A DNA stretch of 63,990 bases, filler included, from Stramenopiles sp. TOSAG23-3 (GCA_900128585.1; 9 parts of 9 records of this genome joined end to end with filler, not necessarily neighbours in it); one strand, 5' to 3'; numbered from the whole stretch's first letter, positions 1 to 12,034 are shown. Translations and numbers: made by a program. Notes: a model not told the origin generated them from the letters alone.

Positions 1-232
1 TGTTTTAATTTGATTTTTTAATTTCGTTTCGTTGATTGTCAATCACTGAGGAATTATTTATATTCCAATGAGAAGAATTACCAAGTGGTAATTAGAAAAA
101 CTGAAAATTAGGTTTTTATTTTGAAATTAAAAAAATCAAATTAAAAAATCCATTTTAGGTTTAGGGTTGGAACTGAATCGTAATTGATATAAAATATGAG
201 AGTAATTATTATCTAAATAATTTGTTTTTCAT

Positions 233-275
233 AAAAACAAGAAAATTGGCTGTTATTTTTTAAGTAATTAAAATT
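233..275 (+). repeat. Dispersed ~43-bp element AAAAACAAGAAAATTGGCTGTTATTT..AAGTAATTAAAATT (copy 1)
   Basis: Near-identical copies at 60413-60455 (+), 26038-26076 and 26085-26130 (-); partial copy at 42825-42849 (+). Confidence 0.8.
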
Positions 276-759
276 ACTAGAGACTACCATATAAAAAAAA
301 CAACATTAGTCTATAATTTGTTTTTTTATTATTTAGATAAACAAACTGAATAATTCATTCTATACTTAGTAGGTTTTTTTATTACACTCAACAACAACCC
401 CATTGGTGCAAAAAGAAAATTCTTTCTTTTCCATGCTCAGGTTTAATCAATTTGTTTTTATCATATCGTCTTCTTTTCTTTTTCGGCATTTAGTAATCAC
501 TCCAATATGTTTACTGTCGGTACTTTTTGTACGCTTGGCTTCATCTCCTCTATAGTCGACCTTCTTCGTCCTCTTGTTTCCCCCCTATATAATTAGGTCG
601 CGTGTGGTGTATTAAACATCGGCTTGTAATTGTTGTGAAAGATACTCGTTTTCTGTCACTGTGCCTTCACTTGCGCAACATGCACATTCATGCCCATCCT
701 CATGACCGCATTCGGGCAAGGACTCGAATACTAGGCTAGTCCTGTTTTACCTCATTCTT

Positions 760-1518
760 TCAAAACACCGTCACTAATACAAAAATACAGTAGTACATAC
801 ACACGGGGTACGAAATAAGCCACTTCGATTCAATCATACCGAGCGATGCCATAAAAAATCTTGTTGATGTTTGCGTACACCAAGCGATTGCAGAAATACC
901 ACAAAACACTCCGAACCAACCGCGAAGATTTGCAGCAACAGATATACCAGCTAATCCCACCATTGGGATCATCGAATATCCCACTATACTCAACGTACGG
1001 ATGTAATCAATTTGATTTACCTGCGACATCAAATTTAACAGCAGATTCAGCCCAAAAGAACCAAATATTAGTAAGCCAAACAAATGCCCATACTGCAGCT
1101 TACCTCTCAGCAAAAGAAAAGTGCCCAAAACCCCTACAAAAATTAAAGGACCTGAAAGATCGGCATCTTTCATTAAACTGGGATCAACTTCTTTCAATGG
1201 GTTGATTACAGTGATTGTTTTCAGATATATATGTCGGGGATTTACACCTAATTCCTCGAGCAAAGGTGGTTCATGATCGAAGTTAGGGACACTACTTCCG
1301 AAAGCTGTGGGTTGCAAAGATGGAGTGGACTGCGTCTGAGAAAGGTGTTTTAAGTCGTTTTCAGTTGAATGCCCGGTGGCGACAACATTTTTCTGCAAGA
1401 ATCCAAAATTTGACTCAGACTGCGTGTTTTCTGAAGAAAACCAAACTTGCTGGGCTTGCTGCTCAACTGTTCCACTGTGTGCAGTCCATGGTGCGTCATT
1501 TCCCCTGAGAGTTTCCAT
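760..1518 (-). CDS. YIP1: Yip1-domain ER-Golgi trafficking membrane protein (YIP1/YIPF5-like)
   Basis: Motifs EPPLLEELGVN, DADLSGPL, SIVGYSMIPM, YPVCMYY; five TM segments; first ATG (METLRG) at 1518. Confidence 0.92.
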   Translation of the reverse strand: METLRGNDAPWTAHSGTVEQQAQQVWFSSENTQSESNFGFLQKNVVATGHSTENDLKHLSQTQSTPSLQPTAFGSSVPNFDHEPPLLEELGVNPRHIYLKTITVINPLKEVDPSLMKDADLSGPLIFVGVLGTFLLLRGKLQYGHLFGLLIFGSFGLNLLLNLMSQVNQIDYIRTLSIVGYSMIPMVGLAGISVAANLRGWFGVFCGISAIAWCTQTSTRFFMASLGMIESKWLISYPVCMYYCIFVLVTVF

Positions 1519-2297
1519 ATTAGAAAGAAAACAGTTGAATGTTGGCGTTTTGTGCTTATTGAAACGGAGACGTGCGGAATCGGCTGAGCAGCGGCACCTT
1601 GAAACTAAAAATCTATATTGGGTGTTTATTCCGAAAGTGAAGCGGGTGTGGTACACGCCAACATTGTTCTGTCCTATACAGCCGACCCGTAGCTCTTACG
1701 CTTCACAAGGGCGACGTAATGGTTCCCATGGAATCAAGGAGGAAGTAAGCCCCTATTCGTTCTTTAATGTATTGTCAGCTAAACCGGTTTTTTACTAATT
1801 TACATTTCCTCTTCATCACGCGTTCTGATCGCGATCTGATTTTCTTAACGTACTTTTATACAGGTAATAGACTAGCACATATTCATATGTACAAATTAAT
1901 AATTCCTTAAAGAAGTACGAGAATTGGACTCAATGCTGTATTTATATAGGTGACTGTATTTGTTAGAATACACTATTATTATTTAAGTACATAATAAGAG
2001 ATTATTTGATTTTACCACAGCAGAAGTGGGAAAAGAATTCATTCTCAGATTCGCTGAATGTCTGACTTGATCTTCACCCAATAAACATCACCGTCTCGCG
2101 GGGAATTGTTTTTAAAGAATTGCAAGGAGTGTGAAAGTGCGTATAATTCACAAAACATACCATAAAACAAGCCCAGAACGTCCAAAATTTGTTTAGAATT
2201 CTTTCCAGCCATCGTTTTGTTGTTGTTTCCACATCACGTCCCTGTCAACGATATGCAGGTCCTCTAAGATACGCGCTGGTCCGGGTGGCTGGGCCCT

Positions 2298-2841
2298 CAC
2301 AAAAAAAATCGCTACAGAAACAGCGTACTATCCAAAAGATCTGAGGCAGTGAAAAATGCGTTTAAAACCGGTTACCAATCAATAATTCAACAAAAAATAT
2401 AGGGCTTGAATGATTCGTTTTTCGTCGTTCAACAAAAGACCTTCAAGGGCCTCCCTTACAAAGATCACGTGGCAGACGGAAAGCAACGCCGGTCGTAGCA
2501 CTTCAGGGCAACCAAAATGCCGATTTCTTGCCAAAAATATGTTCGGGCGAACCACGGCTGGCAGAATCCTCTCTGTATGCACCCAAAATCCTCAAATCAA
2601 ATCTGAAAGCGAAGGAAATGTCCCAATGTCTGACTCCAGCCAACAAATAGTGTTTTCAAAGGCTTCCCTTCAACGTGCCGGGCTTTCCTAACGCCGGTCT
2701 TGGCGAGTCTGCACGTACACAAAAAACTCGCTCTTAAAAACCGTATTATCCAAAAGACCCGAGACAGTGAAAAACGTGTTTAAAACCGTTACCAATCAAG
2801 AACTAAACGAAAAATATAGGGCTTGTAGCATTCGTTTTACG
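2298..2841 (+). repeat. Diverged ~125-bp direct repeat (2298-2424 and 2718-2841)
   Basis: Both copies share tatccaaaaga..gag.cagtgaaaaa.g.gtttaaaaccg(g)ttaccaatcaa..aaaaatatagggcttg..attcgtttt, 420 bp apart. Confidence 0.8.
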
Positions 2842-3225
2842 CTATTCTCTCTTTCGTGCGTCCAAGTCGATCGTCCGAAGCGCGCTGGACACAAGAGGCG
2901 GCGTGGACGCGTGGATCGGAACGCCCAAACATGCACATAAAGACTACAGGAATAAGAAAAAAGGGGGGGATGAAAAGTATACGCTTTGTGTAGTATACAA
3001 ACTAGTTTTATACATAGTTTCGCATCATTAAACCATCTTTACTACTTTAAAAGCATTAGTGCTGTACTCTATCTAATCAACCAGTAGTATCTTAGATATT
3101 GATCAATAAAGTCATCTAAATTATCGAAATGATGGATGAAGATCTAACTGTAAAAGAGAAAGAAGGGTAAATATTTTAAGGTATTTTCTAAAATCAAATC
3201 ACTATCAGAACGCGTGTGATCCTGT

Positions 3226-3381
3226 CGTTTTTCAGAAAGCGCATTAGCCCTAATTATAACTCTATCGAACATATCAATGCTGCGCCCTGTTGTTTACATT
3301 TCATCTTCTACTGACGTTTTTCAGAAAGCACGTTAACCCCGATGATAACTCTAACTAACACATCAATGCTGCGCGCTGTTA
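3226..3381 (+). repeat. Two-copy tandem repeat, period 89 bp
   Basis: cgtttttcagaaagc..ataactcta..atcaatgctgcgc.ctgtt at 3226 and 3315. Confidence 0.8.
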
Positions 3382-3947
3382 TTTCCCCATATTTGAGCAT
3401 TTTTTTCATTACGTCATTAGGGTTGTATATTTCCCGATCCCCTGATGATTTAGCAATTTCTCTGGTAGTAGTACATTCAATGTAATTTGTTCATCCACGT
3501 AAACGAGCAGCATTTATTTTAATTGTCTTTGGCTAGGTGTGTAGTAACACTTTCGTCTTCCCGTAAAAAAGTATAGCTGTACGCTGTACATTAAGAAAAA
3601 AGAGATTTCTAGTTCACGAAAAAATAAGAAATAATGTACTTTAGTTCGTATAGCTTTTAGTTGAGGTAAATAGAATTAATGAATTATAGCCTCCCGTTCG
3701 GGCGAGAACCCCCCCCTCCTTATCTAAATGTTTAAAGGGTATGATTAGTACTTTTTCTAGCCTTTCCTTAACACTATTGTATGGGACAGTAGCATCGAAT
3801 TGTTGGGAAGAACAGAATTATGAGTCGTATTCGTTTGTTAATGTTAGTGATAGGGTTACTATAGTCTTCATTATTTAATTATACTACTAATTATAACATG
3901 ATTCCAAATGCTTAAGAATAGAATTTTGTTGACACTTCAAAATGAGA

Positions 3948-4040
3948 GATTTATACCAGATAGTAAATCCTTACAATAAATTTATTATTTATACCAGACA
4001 GTAAATCCGAAACAATATACAAAATTTATTATTTATACTA
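3948..4040 (+). repeat. Short tandem repeat, ~39-45 bp, 2.5 copies
   Basis: atttataccaga(t/c)agtaaatcc..acaat..aaatttatt repeated. Confidence 0.7.
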
Positions 4041-4680
4041 GCGCGACTTTATAATGTAACTTTCTAACCCTCAATAGTTAAGGAGTTTTCAACTCAACAA
4101 TCTTAATTGGCGTCCTGGTGCAAGATGGTGCTGTGAAATGTTTTCTCGGCCAAAGTGGTCCTCAAAATGGACCGATCTGCACCAAGAATTTCCATTTTTT
4201 CTGTTAAATTTGTGTTACGTAGCTGCTAGTAATCTCTATCGTATTCTTCGTTAATTTCCCTTTAGAACAAACACAGCACTGGAACAGTGGTACAAAACTC
4301 TGCAAAATCGAGCACCCACCATATATTAAGGAATATATGTCACAATGTGAATAGCGCCCCTAGTGAACCTTTTTGAACAACAGGTACAGAAATTCTTCTT
4401 TTTTTTATTTTTGGCTAATAATTAATTTCTACCTTGACTTGTCCATAAAGTGGGTTCGAGACAATGACACAAGCTTACGTTGAAACTGTTGTACAAATAC
4501 CAGCCAGAGATAACGTTCTTGCGGTAATAAGCCTAGCAAGAGATTACTGTTAAACATGCAACGAAAGCTAAGCACCACAAGTTTATTTCTTCTCTCGAAA
4601 AAGCACGTAGCAATCAAGAAACACGCATTTTTTTGGAAATGTCAAAGTAAATGTGAAGTGCTACCTTCCAAAAGGAACGT

Positions 4681-6765
4681 GTGCAGCATTCGCCGATGGA
4701 CGTGCTTGGTGCCCATATGTTAATTTTTTTAAGGGGGATTCGCAGTAGGGGGTTGGAACCGGGGATTGATATCAAATTAAACAGAAAAGACCTGCAAGCA
4801 TGTATTAGACTGCAAATCGATAGAGAAGGTGCCCAATTTCGTGGACTTACGAGCTTATTGGAACAAGTGGAAATAGACAAGGGGGAACCACCAACAAGTT
4901 TTGAGCTTCTCTCTCTACTTTTGAACCGCGTGGAAAACATGGTATTTAATCCGCTTCATCAAAAAGTATACCAGGATATGTCCAGGCCTTTGTCTGAATA
5001 TTTCATTTCATCGTCGCACAATTCATATGTGGAAGGACACCAACTTTTTGGGGCTGCTTCAACTGAACAAATTATCGCAGTTTTGATCAGTGGCGCGCGC
5101 GTTATAGAGCTTGATTGTTACGATGGAATGTGCAGTGGCATAAAATGCCCTGTGATAAAGCATGGGTGGACTCCAATGTTACCTGTATCTTTTGCGGATA
5201 CGATAAATGTAATAAAACAGTACGCATTTGTTGCATCGAAGTTTCCTTTGATACTGTCATTGGAAAACCATTGTACTCCAAGAATGCAAACTGTGCAGGC
5301 AAACATTTTGAAGGAATCACTAGGCCAACTGCTCTTTGCCCCACCACTTCGTGAAACTCAAACATCGTGCTGGAAACTGTTCTTGTCACCACTTCAGCTA
5401 CAAGGAAAAGTTATATTGCGACAAAAATTCCGAACTGGTAGTGCTGAATGTTCCAACGCCACTATTCATTACGGTTGTAACACCTTAGCAAAAGTCGAAA
5501 AAGAGCAACCGCACGAAGTTCTACCAAGATTAAAATCTGCAAACCCTCGTGCCAAATTGGCTTGGTTGTACTCGTTGTGTATACCGAAAAATACAAATAG
5601 TTCTTCTGACAAATTACTCAGCTTTATCTATATCCACAACATTAAAGTGAAAGAAAAAACTATAAAAGAAAATGCAAATTTAAAAACAGCAATTTCTTGT
5701 TCTTGGAATGAAGGAAAAATGAATAAGAATTTGAAAAACAGCTGTGTTCGAGAAAAAATAATTAAGTTTACCCAGTCTAGAATTATGCGTGTATATCCTG
5801 CATATTGGCGTTTCGATTCATCAAATTTTGCACCACAAAACAACTGGTATGCCGGTGTGCAAATGGTTGCTCTAAATTTTCAAACTTATGACCGTCATAT
5901 GGCCTACAATAATGCTCGATTTGCAGATAATGGTAACTGTGGTTATGTTCTCAAGCCAAAGTGGATGAGCAACCGGGGTTCACCCGGCTTTCCAAACGCT
6001 GTCGTTAAAGCTCCATGCATCTTGAAAATTACTTTGTTTGCGATTTGGTTTCCATATAAGTCATTAACGCAACAAGCTGATCGATTTGAATATACTGCAA
6101 AGCCTTATCTTGCTGAAGCAGAATTTTGTTATCCATTGGAACATGAATGCCTTGCTGTTAATTTAACGGTCGATAGAATATGTCTCGATTCTGGTAAACC
6201 GATACAGGCACGTTTCTCGAGTCCACCAGCAAGTTTTTTAAAGTCCGGACTGCAGAATTCGACGCCTCTTAATTCTTCCGTCTCTTTCAAGTCTTTGGAT
6301 GCAGACGGCATTCTTTTGGAAAGACATGACGTTGTTCCATTGCCAGTCATGACCTGTGCCAGTATTAAGAGTGAGGATAGAAGTGGGGCTCAAAGATACC
6401 CGTTGATGTTGCCGAAACACCATGCTGAAATATTCCCACACCACTCTTCGCACGAAACTGAAAAAAACGATGGGTGTGGCAATCGTGCTGAGCAGAGTAG
6501 TCAAAGCCCTAACATTAACTGTGTGTGGATTTGGAAAAACAAACCAGTGACGTTTTTTACTAAGGTTCAAAAAAATGGAGATGACCTGGCAATACTGCAT
6601 TTTGAATTGGTAAAACTCCATAAGCAGAGAAAGATGCTGTGTGGTGAGTACACTATTTCTTCAGTAAATATTAGGAATGGTTTTCGCGTGATACCAGTAA
6701 GAAATCCACAAACAGGGGAGGCCATGGAAGACTCATATTTATTTGCTTGTTTTGAATTCATATGA
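4681..6765 (+). CDS. PLC: Phosphoinositide-specific phospholipase C (X, Y and interrupted C2 domains); 5' end unresolved
   Basis: X box QDMSRPLSEYFISSSHNSY, IELDCYDG, KHGWT, PLILSLENHC; Y box RVYP..RFDSSNF, QMVALNFQT, NGNCGYVLKP; in-frame stops at 4648 and 4654 just upstream. Confidence 0.92.
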   Translation: MQHSPMDVLGAHMLIFLRGIRSRGLEPGIDIKLNRKDLQACIRLQIDREGAQFRGLTSLLEQVEIDKGEPPTSFELLSLLLNRVENMVFNPLHQKVYQDMSRPLSEYFISSSHNSYVEGHQLFGAASTEQIIAVLISGARVIELDCYDGMCSGIKCPVIKHGWTPMLPVSFADTINVIKQYAFVASKFPLILSLENHCTPRMQTVQANILKESLGQLLFAPPLRETQTSCWKLFLSPLQLQGKVILRQKFRTGSAECSNATIHYGCNTLAKVEKEQPHEVLPRLKSANPRAKLAWLYSLCIPKNTNSSSDKLLSFIYIHNIKVKEKTIKENANLKTAISCSWNEGKMNKNLKNSCVREKIIKFTQSRIMRVYPAYWRFDSSNFAPQNNWYAGVQMVALNFQTYDRHMAYNNARFADNGNCGYVLKPKWMSNRGSPGFPNAVVKAPCILKITLFAIWFPYKSLTQQADRFEYTAKPYLAEAEFCYPLEHECLAVNLTVDRICLDSGKPIQARFSSPPASFLKSGLQNSTPLNSSVSFKSLDADGILLERHDVVPLPVMTCASIKSEDRSGAQRYPLMLPKHHAEIFPHHSSHETEKNDGCGNRAEQSSQSPNINCVWIWKNKPVTFFTKVQKNGDDLAILHFELVKLHKQRKMLCGEYTISSVNIRNGFRVIPVRNPQTGEAMEDSYLFACFEFI

Positions 6766-7029
6766 TTGTAAAACTCTTCATTTTTAACCTAAATTAGCAA
6801 CAGGCATTGAAACTCTCCGTGTCTCTATATAAAGTACGCAAAGAACTAAATTGATGGGGGGGGGGGCGAGTTTAATATTTCAGGGTTTTTTTTTTTTTTA
6901 ATTCTAATTCAGCTTATCTAAATTATGAGTTTAAATGATATTCACCTGCCAAATTTCATGGCCGCTGATAATCAATCCCCCCAACATCGCAAGAGTCGAA
7001 CAGATCCAGACAATAGATCGAAAATATCA

Positions 7030-7094
7030 CAAACGACCCTCCCCCGACATCTCAACCCACAGATAACAACCCCTTGACCAATTTACAAGACAGA
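7030..7094 (+). repeat. Dispersed repeat, copy truncated by the contig end; second copy at 60826-60890
   Basis: 57/65 nt identical by hand alignment. Confidence 0.85.
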
Positions 7095-7194
7095 NNNNNN
7101 NNNNNNNNNNNNNNNNNNNNNNNNNNNNNNNNNNNNNNTTAATTAATTAANNNNNNNNNNNNNNNNNNNNNNNNNNNNNNNNNNNNNNNNNNNN
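7095..7194. other. Artificial contig linker N44-TTAATTAATTAA-N44
   Basis: 100-nt spacer with stops in all six frames; eight identical copies in the window. Confidence 0.99.
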
Positions 7195-8369
7195 GCCGAC
7201 GAACTGTGCTGAGGAGGACTCTTAAATGAGGCTGGGTCCACGGCGGCTTCCTCTTCTACAGACGATCTCTTTGTTCCCAGTTCCCCAGGGTGGTCTTCCA
7301 TGTACCCCCTCAAAAATTCAACCAAGGTGCACATCATCGGCATGCCAACATTTTCTCGTGCATGTTCATCCAGCATATCGCAAATAATAAACGCGTTTTC
7401 TGGCGAAATGTACTCTTCGTCCACATCGGCAAGAATAATTTTGCACGGCTCGTCGGGGTAAGACGCCCCAAGCAAGAACTTGACTGTACAGATGTGTGAT
7501 TCGGAGGCAGACAAAAGTTTGACGCTGCAGATAGGGGGGTTTTCTTGCTCCAGGTCATATTCCCCCTCCCCCATGTAGATGGACTCTAGGGCCTCCAGCT
7601 CGTCCATAGTTTCGTCCGGCACCTCAGCGTAGGGCCCGCTCTCGATATGGGCCTGCAGCAAAGTCTTGTTCCTGAGCAGCAAGGATGTCGACAATTGATC
7701 CGCCGCGCGGGAGGACAAAATACCTCCCAGCTGTTCGGACAGAAAATCTCGAATCGCGTCAATCTCCTCGCGTTTTTGACAGACCTGGTGATTTTTCGAG
7801 TGCGCGTGAAGCACTGGGTACTTAAAAAGCCTACTGAGCAGAATACTCTGCTTAGGTAGTACTACCTTGTCGTTCATCCCGTACATGTGGAGAGAGGGAA
7901 CCGAAATGGATGACGGCGGGAGGACGTGGCCGTTGGGAATTAAACCACCTGACAAAATTGCAAAACGAAGGCCCTTAAACCTCTTCGATTTTGAACAGGC
8001 CAAGAGAGCCATACAGGCTCCCTCCGAAAACCCAAACAGACCATGATAAGGGTTACTGCCTACTTGAGTCCCCCTGGACCACAATTCCTCCAAACCGTCC
8101 AGTGACTTATCTCCTCTGTCCGTTTTTGAAAACCAAGTCCGCGTAGCTACCGCGTCTCCATCTTGTGCGGCTAACTCAAAGGGTGCGTCGCAGAATTCAA
8201 AATGAACGTTGAAACGTTCAGAGCAATTTCCACGTGCAGTATGGTATGCGCTGAATTTATTAACAATGGTACTAATCCTATTCTCAAAAATGGTGCCTGT
8301 CTGTTTTTTTCCATGAAGGCACAAAATGTTAACGGTGAGGTCTGCTGACTCCGCTACGACCGACGCCAT
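7195..8369 (-). CDS. FSH1/OVCA2-type serine hydrolase fused to an RWD domain; 3' end truncated
   Basis: ILCLHG..Q, GLFGFSEGA nucleophile elbow, PSLHMYGMND, HQV; then RWD motifs DELEALESIY, YPDEP, GMPMM. Confidence 0.85.
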
Positions 8370-8584
8370 GCCTACTGTACAGAAGTCACCACACAAAGAG
8401 TCAAAACAATCCAACAAATACAAATCAAGGCATTCCTCGGGGGGGATTTTTTCTATTTTCTCATTGTTTATTAGATGAACTAGAACTTAATGGCTTGATC
8501 GATTGTATTCCATACACTATCTGTACAGTTTTTTTTTTTCAATGTCGTAAAAAGATACGCCGCTCTACAATAACAAAATAATCA

Positions 8585-8740
8585 ATAAAAAAAAGAAAAA
8601 GAAAAAGAAAAAGAAAAAAGAAAAAGAAGAAAAAAAAGAAAGAAAAAAAGAAGAAAAAAAAGAAAAGAAAAAAGAAAGAAAAAGAAAGAAGAAGAAAGAA
8701 GAAGAAAAAGAAAAAAAAGAAAAAGAAAAAGAAGAAAAAG
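8585..8740 (+). repeat. Polypurine A/G low-complexity tract
   Basis: About 150 nt of (A)nG units. Confidence 0.9.
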
Positions 8741-9547
8741 CATTGATTAAAAACGCACTTCTTTACTTCTTTCTGTTGATAATGGCCAATGTACACCGAA
8801 CGAGGAGTTGTCTACGTAGTCACAGAGTCAAGAATTAATTAGACGACTACTAGGGCTATACTACGTAGTCCTATTATAATAAAAAGAGTCTCGTCTCTAC
8901 AAGAGCTGTACGATAACAAAAGAAGAAGCTCGAAAGCGCTACGAGGTATATAAAGAGTACGAGGACGTAGACTACGTACGTATTTATTACAAATAGAACA
9001 AAAGAACGCATTAATAAATTTAGCTGTTATTTAATTAATTGGATTATTATTAATGTCACACTGCTCGTAGACTATTTGGTACGAGGAGACGAGGAGTCGT
9101 TCGTAAATAATAATCCAATACATTGCTTCGGGACACATGCGTGCGATGGTGCGATGGGCGGTGCGGTGTGCGGCACACCTTATATCAAGAAAAAAAATCA
9201 GTTGAAGGTTTCTGGTCAGACAGCGTATGCCGCTGTTAGAATATGTAATGATTTTTTCGTTTATAGAACTACGAGTATATAAATAATAATAAATAATACC
9301 AAATAAAATGATGTGGATGGCGTCTTTTTATTATCATCGGCAGTCATTAATTTTTATTATCTCTGACTATTTATTAGTACACTTTACAATGTCATTGTTT
9401 CTTCTGATGTTTGCATTAAGTGGATTTTCTCTCGGACAGACTCTCGTTAGGTGCACGGCACGCTTATGATTCTCAGTTTTGAATCGTCTTCTGTTGTCAT
9501 ATATTCCCCGAATAGTGTTTGGCTGTCTTGCCCCTCAGAGGAACAGG

Positions 9548-11347
9548 ATGGGCTTGTGCGAGAGCAGAACTGCCATATTTAGGACTCGCAAGCATAAGCT
9601 AGTGAAGAAAACTTCTTCGTTGGAACAAGTGTACGGCAATACTCAGCAAGAAACAACCGACAAGCTCACAAAATCGCCAAGGTCCAACGCTGCGTTCAAC
9701 CAAAAGCTTGTTCGAGATACAGCAGCGACGGAGGAGGGAATCAAACTATTCGACGTGTACAGTTTCGTGAACGATGGAAACATTATTGGGGAGGGGTCGA
9801 ACGCTACCATTCGGTTAGTAATGCACAAGGTCTCGAAACGCAAATTTGCACTGAAAACTATAGAAAGTTCAAAGATAAAGAAAGAAGACCAGGCGCAGTT
9901 GTGGCGGGAGGTAGAACTAATTAGGGCCTTGGACCACCCCAATATAATTAAAATAGTAGAGACTTTCACCGACGACAAGGGCGACTTTCATCTCGTATTG
10001 CCGTATTGCGCTGGGGGGGATTTGTTTGATTATCTTTTGGGCGGGGAGTCTCCCCGTCTGCCCGAGGAGGAAGTGTGGGGTTTTGCGAAAAACATGGTAG
10101 GAGCTTTGCAGTATATGTATAAAAATAATGTCGTTCATAGAGACATTAAATTAGAAAATTTTGTGTTTTCTTCGAAAGAAGAAGGGGCCTCTTTGGTTCT
10201 CGTGGACTTCGGCTTTTCGCGGACGAGCACTGCGGGGGACGTTGAAATCCAGAAGTCAATAGGCAGGGGAACTCTCTACACAATGGCGCCTGAGCTGGTG
10301 GACGAAACTAACGAAAACGAGATCGACGGCTATAAAGCTGATCTGTGGGCGGTGGGCGTAGTGCTTTACTGCCTCCTTTACGGTAGTTACCCGTATGGGC
10401 CAGGGAACTCCACGAACGAGAAAACTACGTCCGACATTTTGACGAAGAACCCCCCGTTCCCCCCTTCTATAAAAGTGTCGAAACGGTGCAAATCACTCTT
10501 GGTGAAAATTTTCGAAAAAGATCCATTAAAACGCTTAACAGCAGAGCAAGCGTTGAACGACGCGTGGCTCAAAAATCCTCCCCGAAAAATCGGACGAATG
10601 GATTCCAGAAGCACAGCCGGGGTGAGGGAACAAAGGCGATTGTCGCATGTTGGGAAAAGAGGCGTAAAGCGGGAAAAGCGAGAGAAAACGAAAACTGTGA
10701 TTGAGCAGATGAAACTGTTCAAAACGTACGGGGTGTTCAAGAAGATGGCGCTCCTGGCCGTCGCACAAAGCATGGACCACGAGCGGATCTCAAAATTGAC
10801 CGATGCGTTTGCAGTCTTTGATTTGAACGATGATGGCACCATCACGTGGAACGAGTTTTGCAATATATTACGGCAAAATGGGTTCGTGACGGGCGACCAA
10901 ACGGAGTTGGAACTGAAAGAAATATTTAAGTACGTGGACCAAGATTGTACAGGGTTCATCAAGTACACTGAGTTTATAGCAGCATGCATGGATAACGAAG
11001 AGTATACCGACGAGACGGCCGTGCAGGAAGCCTTTCGGCGGTTGGACATTGATCGAAAGGGGGGGATTACCAAGTCGAATTTAATGGACTTGCTGAAAGG
11101 CAAACTTCCGTACGGCGTGTCTGACAGTAGCGTTGACGAAGCCGTCGATAGAATATTTGCAGAGGCCGACACAAATAACGATGGGGTGATCGATGTTCGT
11201 GAACTGAACCTTGTGCTTAACAATGACTCCAAAAAAGATGGTTGGACGGATGATGGTGAAGGCAGCCGCGCGAGTCGCCCCTCAATTGGATCGACGACTT
11301 CCTCGGATTCCTGCGAACCGATGGATGTGTTATCGAGTAGTTCATAG
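9548..11347 (+). CDS. CDPK: Calcium-dependent protein kinase (kinase plus 4 EF hands), paralog 1
   Basis: MGLC N-terminus, GEGS, ALK, HRDIKLEN, DFG, APE; junction FKKMALLAVA; EF loops DLNDDGTI, DQDCTGFI, DIDRKGGI, DTNNDGVI. Confidence 0.95.
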   Translation: MGLCESRTAIFRTRKHKLVKKTSSLEQVYGNTQQETTDKLTKSPRSNAAFNQKLVRDTAATEEGIKLFDVYSFVNDGNIIGEGSNATIRLVMHKVSKRKFALKTIESSKIKKEDQAQLWREVELIRALDHPNIIKIVETFTDDKGDFHLVLPYCAGGDLFDYLLGGESPRLPEEEVWGFAKNMVGALQYMYKNNVVHRDIKLENFVFSSKEEGASLVLVDFGFSRTSTAGDVEIQKSIGRGTLYTMAPELVDETNENEIDGYKADLWAVGVVLYCLLYGSYPYGPGNSTNEKTTSDILTKNPPFPPSIKVSKRCKSLLVKIFEKDPLKRLTAEQALNDAWLKNPPRKIGRMDSRSTAGVREQRRLSHVGKRGVKREKREKTKTVIEQMKLFKTYGVFKKMALLAVAQSMDHERISKLTDAFAVFDLNDDGTITWNEFCNILRQNGFVTGDQTELELKEIFKYVDQDCTGFIKYTEFIAACMDNEEYTDETAVQEAFRRLDIDRKGGITKSNLMDLLKGKLPYGVSDSSVDEAVDRIFAEADTNNDGVIDVRELNLVLNNDSKKDGWTDDGEGSRASRPSIGSTTSSDSCEPMDVLSSSS

Positions 11348-12034
11348 TATGTAGCATAATACCAGGTATCGAATGTGATTTACTTCGTAGTATTGATCGG
11401 CTAAAACAAACTAATAAAGTCGACTAAATACATGTTGCTATTGTTTCCTTCACAAGAAACCCGCAGTCCTGTTCCTGTTTCCTGTCCTATTATTGTTAAA
11501 TAAGTCGTATACGTACTCGTAGATTATAATAATAATTAGGCCCACCACAGCCCACAGCAAGAGGCCACAGCAAGAGGAAGGACGGACTTCTTATTTTTAC
11601 AGGTGACATCGTGTGAAATGTAATAACATCCTCCTTTCTTTTTTTTTTTTTTGATTATTTCTCTTCTTTATTTTATTATTACGTAGACACTACGAGGCCT
11701 CTGTACCTACCCGTATTATTTTATACTACCGTACGAGGAGTTTAATTAATACAGGTAAAAAAGACCGGCACAATCTCACTCTACTATTCACACACACAAC
11801 AACAAAGGAACACGAAGGAGGACGACGACGGTCGTGTGGAGGAAGATCCTTTGTTTTTTGTGTTGACAAAAAATTCATCATAACAACATAAAATAATATC
11901 TACATGCACGCCAATGTGTCTATAAATTAAACAATATATAGAATTACTAGATAATGTTGAAACAAACATTGAGGTTTGATGATTAATTGGAATAATCTCT
12001 CATAAAATTTGGCAAGTTTGTTTGTTTGTTTAGG

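Noticed and set aside
4560-4680. Stop-codon reassignment suggested by in-frame TAA/TGA upstream of PLC
   Set aside because: Conserved genes here read cleanly in the standard code and end in TAA, TAG or TGA; introns or decay are simpler explanations.
8539-8796. Poly-Phe ORF and similar ORFs at 17186-17536, 50634-50959, 57799-58041, 62819-63150
   Set aside because: Translations of low-complexity spacers.
10387-11232. Long antisense or alternate-frame ORFs inside real genes (also 41725-42708, 54393-55298, 55163-56038)
   Set aside because: Shadow frames of stop-poor coding or repeat sequence, with no independent motifs.
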